Assembly: GCA_934660865.1 (NCBI GenBank)
Contig: CAKUIA010000003.1
Location: 30,001-62,000, forward strand
Reading direction: 5' to 3'
Source of the DNA: an uncultured Opitutales bacterium
GTDB lineage: Bacteria; Verrucomicrobiota; Verrucomicrobiia; Opitutales; Intestinicryptomonadaceae
DNA: 32,000 nt
The notes below the pieces were generated by a model that worked only from the letters and a program-made list of their open reading frames with translations, did not search any database and had not been told where the DNA came from. Below, in pieces: positions 7,739 to 15,670 of the stretch (position 1 is its first letter; each line of letters begins with the position of its first letter). The translations under genes were made by a program, and so were the position numbers.

Positions 7739-10576
7739 ATGAAAAGAAATCGAGTTAAAAAGCTGCTTGCTTTCGCAGTGGTGCTATTCGCGGGCTTGTC
7801 GTTCGCGGTATCGTCGTATGCGCAGGCAGACAAAACCCAGCAGAAAATAAGCCTAATGGTTGCGGCTGTGCAGGCTAGAGACAGCGGCGACTTGGCCACA
7901 TCAAAGAAATCCCTCGAAGAACTGTTGAAAATTGCCCCCAAAGACAAGGCGGTTCAGCAGCTTCTTATGGACGTAAATGCGGCTATAGAAGCTCAAAACA
8001 AGGCAGTAGCCGAAGCGAAAGCCGCCGAGGCAAAGAAGGCGGCCGAAGCTAAAAAAGCGGCCGACGCCAAGAAGATTGCCGAAGCAAAATCTGCGGTAGA
8101 AGCCAAAAAAGTTGCAGAAGCTAAAGTTGCAAAAGAAACCAAAGAAGCCGCCGAAAAGGCCGCTATAGACCAGGCTTTGGCTGCTGCAGAGCACAAGCAA
8201 AAGCTTACTGTCGACAAGGTATACGAATTGATTGACGAATCGTACACCCTTATAGACGACGAAAAGTTGGCGGACGCAGCTCAAAAGATTTCTACAGCCG
8301 ACGCAAAGTTGGCCGAATGTGATTCCGCAACAGAATTGGTAAAGAACGCCAAGAAGGAAATTAAAGCCGTAAAAGCTGCGTTGGCAAAAGAAAACGCAAA
8401 AGCGGCTGCCGCCAAGGGCGACTTTGCAAGCGCAAAACAATATGCGCAAGACTATGCCGAAAAATCCGACAATTCCTCCGACTCGAAGCGCTTGGCCGAC
8501 AAGATTGCCAGAGACGACGAAAACCCCTACAAGAACACTTTGGAATCGGTAAGTCCCGAATATGTTGAACGCCAAAAGGAAGTTAAAAACCTTATCAAGC
8601 GCGGTAAAATTCAGTATTTGTATGGCGACTACGACGGCGCTGCCATAACATTCCGCTCGGTAGGCACGTTAGATTCCAACAATATAGAATCTTTGGCATA
8701 CCTTAAGCTAATCTCCGAAAAGCTTAGCAAAGTTGGCCGCAAGACTATAGAAAGCACAAGGGCTTCGATGCTTAACGACGTAAACGAAGCTTGGAGATTG
8801 CCCCAGGTTTATTCCGGCACTTTGGCTACAAACGAAAAGGGTGTAGTAGCATCTCCCGTAGCTGCAAAGTTAAAGGAAATTGTTATCCCCGAAGCTAACT
8901 TCCAGGAAGTTCCCCTTGCAAAGGTTGTAAGCACACTTTCCACTTTGTCGGTTGAATACGACAAGTCTACAGACGGCGAAAAGGGTGTTAATATGGTTCT
9001 CTACGGAGCCGAAGGCAGCAACGCCAAGAATGTTTCCATGGTATTGCGCGGCGCAACGCTTGGTCAAATCTTAGACTTTGCAACACGCCAAGTTGCCTAC
9101 ACCTACGATATAGAAGACGACGTTGTTGTAGTCCGCAAGGGTGCCGAAAATCAACCCACATTGCAGACCGACACGGTTTCGTTCCCCCTCTCGCAGGCAA
9201 CCGTAACCCGCATGTTGGGTATTTCGGGCACTAAGGCCGAAGGCGAAGGCGGCGGCAACGATCCCTTTGCAAGCAATGCGGCTTCGGCCGACAACGGCGG
9301 CGACAAGAAAGACGATATGATAAAGCAGTTCCTTACCAAAGCGGGCGTAGAATTTGGCCCTGCAAGCGGTTTGGTATTCGACGGCACTACAATTATCGTA
9401 ACAAACACGCCCCGCAATTTGGACAAAATCCGCAACATATTGCAGCGCTACAGCGAAGTAAAACAGGTAGAAGTTGAAACCAAGTTTATTGAAGTAAACC
9501 AGGGCAACTTAGACCAGTTGGCATTCAACTACAATATATCGCGCGGCAATGAATCTTTGTTCAGGACCTATAACACCGAAATGGGTACTGAAATTAGCTA
9601 TGCGAATAACCGTTTGCTCTCGATGACAAAGTCGCAGACAAACGCGGGTGCTACACCGACAACCATTGTAAATTCCGAAGCTAACGCAACTACCGGTAAA
9701 GTTGATGATCCGTACAAAGTACCTCAGAACATACCCGATGTTCCCTCGTCGATTAACTTGGCTAAGAATGCAATAACAACAGCCGACACTATCTTGGGCG
9801 TAATTAACGGCTTCCAAGCTAGAATGGCTATTACCGCAATTAGCCAGGAACAGGGCAGCGACTTGCTTTGCGCACCCAAGGTAACGGTTCTTTCGGGCGA
9901 AACCGCTCAAATTAGAATCTCGCAAGAATTGCGTTATCCCGAACAATGGGGCGACGTTCAATCTAACGTAGGTCAATCTTCGGGTTCGAACACAGGCGGC
10001 GGTGCAGCAGGTGTTACAATCACCCCCGGTACTCCGCAAGACTTCGTAAAATACGACGTTGGTGTTGTAATGGAAGTTACCCCCACGGTAGAAGAAGACT
10101 CGTCTATAACCTTGTTGCTAAACCCCACCGTAAGCGAATTTGAAGGCTTTATGGAATACGGCGGCGTTGCAGTTGCCTTGTCGGGCTACATAACGGTTAC
10201 CGTTCCCTCGGGCTTCATTCAGCCGGTATTCTCGGTTCGTGAAGTTCGCACAAAGGTTACAGTGTTCGACGGCGCAACCGTTGTATTGGGCGGTTTAACA
10301 CGCGAAGAAGTTAAATCTGTAAACGACAAAGTTCCCGTTTTGGGCGATATCCCCTTGTTGGGCCGTCTCTTCAAATCGAAGGGCGAAACTCGCCAAAAGA
10401 AGAACTTGTTGATATTCGTAACGGCAAACAGAATCTCTCCTGGAGGCAGCATAGCCAACGAACAGTTCTCGGCAATGCGTCCAGGCAGCTTGTATCAAAG
10501 CCCGATAGTTGTATCGCCTGGCGGAGCTATCAAGCGTATCAGAGCTGTAGAAAAAGACACAGCCGCTACAAAATAA
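7739..10576 (+). CDS. Secretin (type II/type IV pilus secretin family, GspD/PilQ-like) with a long helical N-terminal extension
   Basis: Signal peptide ending SSYA|QA. An N0/STN-like domain is present (IPEANFQEVPLAKVVSTLS...VSMVLRGATLGQILDFATRQVAYTYDIEDDVVVV). The secretin core starts at VEVETKFIEVNQGNLDQL (nt 9467). The hallmark C-terminal motif is VPVLGDIPLLGRLFKSKGETRQKKNLLIFVTANRI. Confidence 0.9.
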   Translation: MKRNRVKKLLAFAVVLFAGLSFAVSSYAQADKTQQKISLMVAAVQARDSGDLATSKKSLEELLKIAPKDKAVQQLLMDVNAAIEAQNKAVAEAKAAEAKKAAEAKKAADAKKIAEAKSAVEAKKVAEAKVAKETKEAAEKAAIDQALAAAEHKQKLTVDKVYELIDESYTLIDDEKLADAAQKISTADAKLAECDSATELVKNAKKEIKAVKAALAKENAKAAAAKGDFASAKQYAQDYAEKSDNSSDSKRLADKIARDDENPYKNTLESVSPEYVERQKEVKNLIKRGKIQYLYGDYDGAAITFRSVGTLDSNNIESLAYLKLISEKLSKVGRKTIESTRASMLNDVNEAWRLPQVYSGTLATNEKGVVASPVAAKLKEIVIPEANFQEVPLAKVVSTLSTLSVEYDKSTDGEKGVNMVLYGAEGSNAKNVSMVLRGATLGQILDFATRQVAYTYDIEDDVVVVRKGAENQPTLQTDTVSFPLSQATVTRMLGISGTKAEGEGGGNDPFASNAASADNGGDKKDDMIKQFLTKAGVEFGPASGLVFDGTTIIVTNTPRNLDKIRNILQRYSEVKQVEVETKFIEVNQGNLDQLAFNYNISRGNESLFRTYNTEMGTEISYANNRLLSMTKSQTNAGATPTTIVNSEANATTGKVDDPYKVPQNIPDVPSSINLAKNAITTADTILGVINGFQARMAITAISQEQGSDLLCAPKVTVLSGETAQIRISQELRYPEQWGDVQSNVGQSSGSNTGGGAAGVTITPGTPQDFVKYDVGVVMEVTPTVEEDSSITLLLNPTVSEFEGFMEYGGVAVALSGYITVTVPSGFIQPVFSVREVRTKVTVFDGATVVLGGLTREEVKSVNDKVPVLGDIPLLGRLFKSKGETRQKKNLLIFVTANRISPGGSIANEQFSAMRPGSLYQSPIVVSPGGAIKRIRAVEKDTAATK
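8003..8164 (+). repeat. In-frame 18-nt (6-aa) tandem repeat, 9 units, encoding an Ala/Glu/Lys helix inside the secretin N-terminus
   Basis: Residues 89-142 read AVAEAK AAEAKK AAEAKK AADAKK IAEAKS AVEAKK VAEAKV AKETKE AAEKAA. At the DNA level the units use varied synonymous codons, so the repeat is old or under selection rather than a recent slippage product. Confidence 0.8.
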
Positions 10577-10600
10577 TTAGTTAGTTATATTTTCGAAAGT

Positions 10601-10631
10601 GGGGCTTACCGCAAGGTAAGCCCTTTTTTTG
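10601..10631 (+). terminator. Rho-independent terminator of the secretin cluster
   Basis: GGGCTTACC-gcaa-GGTAAGCCC gives a 9-bp stem with a GNRA-like tetraloop, followed by T7 (10624-10630), 25 nt after the stop codon. Confidence 0.8.
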
Positions 10632-10634
10632 TCT

Positions 10635-10677
10635 GGAATTTATACGCAAAATTTGCGCTAAAAAATTCCTTTTTTTT
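10635..10677 (+). terminator. Second, tandem hairpin + T8 (back-up terminator or palindromic operator)
   Basis: GGAATT...CGCAAA-a-TTTGCG...AATTCC is an imperfect 35-nt palindrome with its core at 10645-10657. It is followed by T8 (10670-10677). Confidence 0.45.
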
Positions 10678-10751
10678 AAGTCGTGTTTTTATGGAGATTT
10701 TTTTGCGCATTTTCAGTTGCGGGCATTATAGGCCGCAAATTTCCCTAACAA

Positions 10752-10784
10752 TAAAAAACAAAAAAAGCCGCAAAGTTTGGCGGC
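10752..10784 (-). terminator. Possible weak terminator for the exonuclease gene
   Basis: The minus strand reads GCCGC-caaacttt-GCGGC followed by TTTTTTTGTTTTTT. The stem is only 5 bp. Confidence 0.35.
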
Positions 10785-10840
10785 AAACTGCAAAGGGCAA
10801 ATTTTGCTTGGCAGTTGAACGAACAAGACTCAAAAAATTT

Positions 10841-11494
10841 TTAAAACAGGCCAAGCTGGTTGTCGTTTGCGGAAATTTGGGCAAGCCACTTAACCGTTAG
10901 GCTTTCGAACCCTTTTAGCTTTGAAAGCGCAATTATAATTTCGGCGCAGGCTAGGGCGTCGTAGGGGGCGCAGTGCCACTTTCGGCGCGCTGGCGGGCAA
11001 AAAAGTTTGGCGTCGTCGTTAAGCTTGTCTAAAAGCGAAAGGCTTTCTATAACATTGCCTAGCGCTCCGCTTTTTAGCATGGGGAAGATTTTTTTTACCA
11101 AAACAAGCGTGTCTATAAAAGGCGGCCACGAAAATGTTGTGGTGTTGTTGGTAAAGTCGGTAAATGCGCTTGGGTTGGGAAAATAGCTGTTTAGCATAGA
11201 GCTTTCTGCGCTTTTATTGTGGGCGGCAAAAAGCCCCCTTTTGCGCATGGCAATAAAATCTTTTGCAAAGCATTCAAACTTGGGGGCGCTTTTTAGCTCC
11301 TGCTCCGAAAAGCCGCACATATCCATGGTCTTTTGGGCCACTTTCGACTTTGGGGCGCACATTGCAGTTTTAAGCGAAACAATTTGCCAATCTACAATTT
11401 CTACAACGCCAAATTCCACAATGCCGCACGCTATTGCCCCCTCGAAATCTAGGGCAAAAATTGGTATTTTATCGCTTGCGTAATCCTTTGGCAT
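10841..11494 (-). CDS. DEDDh (DnaQ-like) 3'-5' exonuclease
   Basis: Exo I is IFALDFEG (DxE). Exo II is AAHNKSAESSML, with Glu where the usual Asp sits. Exo III is WHCAPYDALA (Hx4D). I prefer the ATG at 11494; the track uses the TTG at 11500. Confidence 0.7.
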   Translation of the reverse strand: MPKDYASDKIPIFALDFEGAIACGIVEFGVVEIVDWQIVSLKTAMCAPKSKVAQKTMDMCGFSEQELKSAPKFECFAKDFIAMRKRGLFAAHNKSAESSMLNSYFPNPSAFTDFTNNTTTFSWPPFIDTLVLVKKIFPMLKSGALGNVIESLSLLDKLNDDAKLFCPPARRKWHCAPYDALACAEIIIALSKLKGFESLTVKWLAQISANDNQLGLF

Positions 11495-11514
11495 TTGCAA
11501 CTATAAGAACATAT

Positions 11515-12285
11515 ATGGAAATGGAAATTTTCAAGAAATTTATTAACGAATTGGGCGATATTACCGAAAATTATATCGCAGGCGAATTTAAACAAAATAT
11601 AAGTTGGGACTTAAAAAACGACCATTCGCCCGTTACCCGCACCGACAAGAATACCGAGCTTATGCTTAGGGAACGCATTAAGGCGAAGTTTCCCGATCAC
11701 GGCATTATAGGCGAAGAATACGGCAACGAAAATATCGACGCCGAATACGTTTGGGTGCTAGACCCGATAGACGGAACAAAGTCGTACATAACAAAGGTTC
11801 CGCTGTTCGGCACATTGGTTGCCCTAATGCGCAACAACAAGCCGATTTTGGGCATGATAAACCAGCCCATACTAAAACAGCGCATGATTGGCGACAACAA
11901 CGAATGTCTGTTTAACGGCAAGCCCGTAAAAGTTTCGGCCGAAACCGACATTGCAAAGGCAACGGTTTTAACTTCCGACACAAGGGGAGTGCCCTTTTTG
12001 CACAGCCGCCTGGGCTGGTACGACATGGAAAAGAAGTGCTACATTTTGCGCTCGTGGGGCGACTGTTACGGCTATATGCTTTTGTGCAGGGGGCTTGCCC
12101 ATGTTATGATAGACGCGCAGCTTGAAATTTGGGATATTATGGCGCTTTTGCCGAACCTTAAAGGCGCGGGGGCAACTGTCGGCGACCTATGCGGCGGCAC
12201 CGACCACAAAAAGCACGGCTGCATGGCGTGCTGCACAAAGCAGATGTTCGACGAATGTGTTAAAATTTTAAACCCCAAAGAATAG
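11515..12285 (+). CDS. Inositol monophosphatase-family phosphatase (SuhB / HisN-like)
   Basis: IIGEEYG, WVLDPIDGTKSY and EIWDIMALLPNLKGAGA are the metal-binding motifs of the family. I placed the start at the ATG at 11515 (MEMEIFKKF), which avoids overlap with the divergent exonuclease gene. Confidence 0.8.
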   Translation: MEMEIFKKFINELGDITENYIAGEFKQNISWDLKNDHSPVTRTDKNTELMLRERIKAKFPDHGIIGEEYGNENIDAEYVWVLDPIDGTKSYITKVPLFGTLVALMRNNKPILGMINQPILKQRMIGDNNECLFNGKPVKVSAETDIAKATVLTSDTRGVPFLHSRLGWYDMEKKCYILRSWGDCYGYMLLCRGLAHVMIDAQLEIWDIMALLPNLKGAGATVGDLCGGTDHKKHGCMACCTKQMFDECVKILNPKE

Positions 12286-12308
12286 AATTTTTACAGCGCA
12301 AATTTTTT

Positions 12309-13961
12309 ATGAAGCCGTTTACAAAAGCCGTTTTTGCGGGTCTGAAAGCAGTTTTGGGCTTTGCCGCAATATTTTTGGCCGTAAACGTGCCTTCGTATTT
12401 TTCGGGCATTTCAAAGTCGCAGCTAATTAGCGCAAACAATTCGGTAAACCGCAAAACCCTTGCCGAATTTTATTTGGGCACGGCAAAGCCCGCGCTTGCA
12501 ATAGACCTTTTAAAATACGACAATTCGCCCCAGGCAAAGGCGCTTAAAGCCGCAAGCGAAACAATGCTGGGCGAAAAGGGCGTTTGGCGCGTGGCAGGCG
12601 GCGAAGAAACTTTCTTTTCGGCGCTGTATTCCACATTTTCGCTTAAAGACGAAAGCGCGCAAAGCGTATATGCGCTCTTGGCCGCGCCGCAAATAAGAAA
12701 CGCGTTTTTCGATTTCCTTTCGCAAAGCGAAATGCCCCTTGTTTGCGAAGTTTTAAAGCTGCGCAATTTAAACACGCTTTTGCTGCCCGCGGCCTCGACA
12801 TCGGCGGGGGTTCCCTATTCGGCGGCGGTTGCAATAACAGCCCTAAGCGTTCAAAGCGGCTCGTTTAACGCCGAGTTTTTAAAAGACTTTGCCCTGAAGT
12901 TGGGCAATATAAAAAACGACGACGCCTCGCGCTTTAGGTACGAATCGTACTGCGTGGGAATGTTGTCGTTCGCAAAAAGGCTTAACTGGATAGAATTGAG
13001 CGAGCTTAATTCAAAGATCGGCTCGATGTCGGACTATGTGGATTTGGCCAACGCCTTTAAAAACGCGCCCGACGCAAAGTCTTTCGATTTAGCGTTTTCG
13101 GCGCTGCTTATGTGCAAGGATATCGGCGGCATTTGCAAATATCTGGGAGACGGCAAGAAAAACGCGTGGGGCGACTTTATCTATGCAGGCGATTTGGGCG
13201 CGGGGGCTTTGGAGCTTTTGCTGAAAAACAACAGGCCCATACATAAAATGCCAAAGTGTCTGGAGGCTCTCGACATTTGGCGCATTGAAAATTCGGCAAG
13301 GGCGGGGGCGTTTTGCGCGCAGTTTCCCGCGCTTTCGAAGCTGCTTAAGTTTGCGCTTGCGCTTGCAGGCTGCTATGCAATAATTTCGTCGCTTCGCGGG
13401 CTGTTTTCGGAGAAAACCACAAGGGGCGCGCTGTTTTTCCTCCGTAATTTGTTTGCGGCGGGCATTGCGGCGCTTTTGATTATTTTGGCCGTAGAGCCCG
13501 CCATTTTCGATATAAGCTTCGGGGCGCAAAAAGCCCCCGAAATAAAATTTGCATTTTCAAACATAATAAATTCAAACAAGGTAAAATCGGTTATGGACTT
13601 CAAACTCGACATGCCGACTATAGTGTCGGTTTCGGTATTCCTGCTTTTGCAGTTTACCATATTTGTAATGAGCCTTATTAAAATTGCGGTGGTAAAAAAA
13701 CTAAAAGTTCCCGCCTCGCTAAAAATAGAGCTTTTAAACAACGAGGAAAACCTCTTCGACCTGGGGCTTTATGTAGGTTTGGCGGGCACGGTTCTTTCGC
13801 TTATAATGCTTAGCCTAAACTGGGTAGACGCGGGCCTTATGGCGGGCTATACTTCAACGCTGTTCGGCATTATGTTTACGGCGGTTCTTAAAATTTCGTT
13901 CGTGCGCCCCTACAAGCGCAGCTTGCTTGTTCAGGCCGCAACCCAAATCCAAAACAAATAG
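12309..13961 (+). CDS. Polytopic membrane protein: large N-terminal extracytoplasmic domain + C-terminal MotA/TolQ/ExbB-like proton-channel motifs
   Basis: N-terminal TM helix, about 310 aa of soluble domain, then 5-6 TM helices. The last two helices read GLYVGLAGTVLSLIML and AGYTSTLFGIMFTAVLKISFVRP. From memory, these resemble the GLLGTVxG and ALxTTxxGLxxAxP signatures of the MotA/ExbB/TolQ family. Confidence 0.45.
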   Translation: MKPFTKAVFAGLKAVLGFAAIFLAVNVPSYFSGISKSQLISANNSVNRKTLAEFYLGTAKPALAIDLLKYDNSPQAKALKAASETMLGEKGVWRVAGGEETFFSALYSTFSLKDESAQSVYALLAAPQIRNAFFDFLSQSEMPLVCEVLKLRNLNTLLLPAASTSAGVPYSAAVAITALSVQSGSFNAEFLKDFALKLGNIKNDDASRFRYESYCVGMLSFAKRLNWIELSELNSKIGSMSDYVDLANAFKNAPDAKSFDLAFSALLMCKDIGGICKYLGDGKKNAWGDFIYAGDLGAGALELLLKNNRPIHKMPKCLEALDIWRIENSARAGAFCAQFPALSKLLKFALALAGCYAIISSLRGLFSEKTTRGALFFLRNLFAAGIAALLIILAVEPAIFDISFGAQKAPEIKFAFSNIINSNKVKSVMDFKLDMPTIVSVSVFLLLQFTIFVMSLIKIAVVKKLKVPASLKIELLNNEENLFDLGLYVGLAGTVLSLIMLSLNWVDAGLMAGYTSTLFGIMFTAVLKISFVRPYKRSLLVQAATQIQNK

Positions 13962-13973
13962 CAATTTAATTAT

Positions 13974-14759
13974 ATGATACACTCTACCGCAATAATTGGC
14001 GAAAACACAAAAATAGCCGAAAGCGCAAAAATTGGCGCATACGCAATAATAGGCAGCAACGTTGTTATAGGCGAAAACGTGGTTGTGGAAGAACACGCAA
14101 AAATTTGCTCCCACAGCATTGTTGAAAACAACTGCCGCATTTGCAGCTTTACCACCATAGGCGGCGACCCGCAAGACCTGCATTTTAACACCGCAACCGT
14201 AAGCGGCACAATTATAGGCGAAAATTCGGTAATACGCGAGGGCTCTACCGTGCACAGGGCAACAAAGCCCAACGAATATACAAAAGTAGGCAAAAACTGC
14301 CTTTTTATGGCAAATTCGCATGTTGCCCACGACTGCCAAATTTCCGACAACGTTATTATTGCCTGCTTTGCCGCCGTTGGCGGACACACCAAAATAGGGC
14401 AAAACGCCTTTGTAAGCGGCGGCGTTATGATTCACCAAAACTGCAAAATAGGCGAGGGCGTAATGCTTAGCGGCAACAGCGCATTTTCGGAAAACGTGCC
14501 CCCCTATGTAAACGGCACAACCCGCAACACAATCAGGGGGCTTAACCTTATAGGCCTTATGCGCAGGGGCTGCCCAAGGGCTTCGATTGCCAATCTAAAA
14601 GAGCTTTACAGCTTTATTTTCGTAAAAAGCAAGTCCGTTAAGGCAAACGCCCAAGAGGCGAAAAAGCTTGGCATGGCAAAAACCCCCGAGGGCGAAAACT
14701 TTTTGAACTTCATTCTCGACAGCGGCGAAAGACCCATTGCCCAGCACGGTTTAAAATAA
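13974..14759 (+). CDS. lpxA: Acyl-ACP:UDP-N-acetylglucosamine O-acyltransferase
   Basis: MIHSTAIIGENTKIAESAKIGAYAIIGSNVVIGENVVV is a left-handed beta-helix hexapeptide repeat. The C-terminal helical domain carries RGLNLIGLMRRG. The length of 261 aa is typical. Confidence 0.85.
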   Translation: MIHSTAIIGENTKIAESAKIGAYAIIGSNVVIGENVVVEEHAKICSHSIVENNCRICSFTTIGGDPQDLHFNTATVSGTIIGENSVIREGSTVHRATKPNEYTKVGKNCLFMANSHVAHDCQISDNVIIACFAAVGGHTKIGQNAFVSGGVMIHQNCKIGEGVMLSGNSAFSENVPPYVNGTTRNTIRGLNLIGLMRRGCPRASIANLKELYSFIFVKSKSVKANAQEAKKLGMAKTPEGENFLNFILDSGERPIAQHGLK

Positions 14760-14760
14760 A

Positions 14761-15669
14761 ATGAAAAAGCTTGCCATAACCATAGGCGACCCCAGCGGAG
14801 TAGGCCCCGAAATAATTTTAAAATGGGCAAACGAAACCCCGCAGCTTGCAAAAAATTGCGAGGTTATTGGCAACGCCCGGCTTTTGGATTTGCTGCCAAG
14901 CTATATCGGCAAAAGGGAAATTTCGAGCGAAGTTTTTACCTTCGGCAAACCCTGCGAAAAGGGCGCAATTCTTGCCCACAATGCTTTGGAGGAAGCCGCA
15001 ATGGGCTGCAAAAACGGCGAATATTGCGCGGTTATTACAGCCCCCGTTTCGAAGGCGCAAATGGTAAAGGCAGGCTACAACTTTGTAGGCCAAACCGAAT
15101 TTTTTGAATCGCAGTGGAAGGGGCGCGCCGTAATGTGCTTTGCGGGCGAAAAGATTTTGCTTGCCCTTGCCACTTGGCACATTCCGCTTTCTGAGGTTTC
15201 AAAGGCGGTAAGTTTCGACAAAATACAGAGGGCTGCCGCCTGCCTTAACGAAATGTGCAAAATTTTGCGCGGAAAACAAAACCCCAAAATTGCGGTTTGC
15301 GGCCTAAACCCCCACGCGGGCGAAAACGGCATTTTAGGAAGCGAGGAGATGGAAACGATAAACCCGGCGTTGGACGAGCTGCGCAAAAAATACCCGAATA
15401 TTTCGGCGGCCCTTCCGCCCGACACCGTTTTTATGCGCGCGCTTAAAGGCGAGTTCGACGGCATTGTTTCGATGTACCACGACCAGGGGTTGGCCCCTTT
15501 AAAGGCGCTGGAATTCGACAGCGCGGTGAATGTTTCGATGGGGTTGGAGTTTGTAAGAACCAGCCCCGACCACGGAACGGGCTTCGACATTGCGGGCAAA
15601 AACATTGCAAGCTGCAAAAGCTTTGCCGCCGCGGTAGATGTTGCTTTGAAATTGGGAACAAAAAAATAA
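14761..15669 (+). CDS. pdxA: 4-hydroxythreonine-4-phosphate dehydrogenase family (PdxA/PdxA2)
   Basis: ITIGDPSGVGPEI, GLNPHAGENG, MYHDQGL and RTSPDHGTGFDIAGKNIA. The start lies 1 nt after the lpxA stop. Confidence 0.9.
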   Translation: MKKLAITIGDPSGVGPEIILKWANETPQLAKNCEVIGNARLLDLLPSYIGKREISSEVFTFGKPCEKGAILAHNALEEAAMGCKNGEYCAVITAPVSKAQMVKAGYNFVGQTEFFESQWKGRAVMCFAGEKILLALATWHIPLSEVSKAVSFDKIQRAAACLNEMCKILRGKQNPKIAVCGLNPHAGENGILGSEEMETINPALDELRKKYPNISAALPPDTVFMRALKGEFDGIVSMYHDQGLAPLKALEFDSAVNVSMGLEFVRTSPDHGTGFDIAGKNIASCKSFAAAVDVALKLGTKK

Positions 15670-15670
15670 A

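Noticed and set aside
9982-9990. GGGTTCGAA, a tRNA T-loop-like string, and a general search for tRNA, rRNA and CRISPR features.
   Set aside because: The string lies inside the secretin reading frame with no acceptor or anticodon stems around it. No direct-repeat/spacer arrays and no rRNA-like segments were seen anywhere in the window.
10691-10900. 69-aa ORF in the convergent gap after the secretin, and the 69-aa ORF at 27265-27474.
   Set aside because: Both run through terminator hairpins and T-runs and overlap the 3' end of the neighbouring minus-strand gene. Their peptides are compositionally odd. No coding evidence.
12309-13961. The idea that the MotA-like protein is a Zorya ZorA-type anti-phage component.
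   Set aside because: ZorA has the MotA-like TM domain at the N-terminus with a long C-terminal tail and is always followed by ZorB. Here the domain order is reversed, and no ZorB/MotB-like or other defence gene is adjacent.
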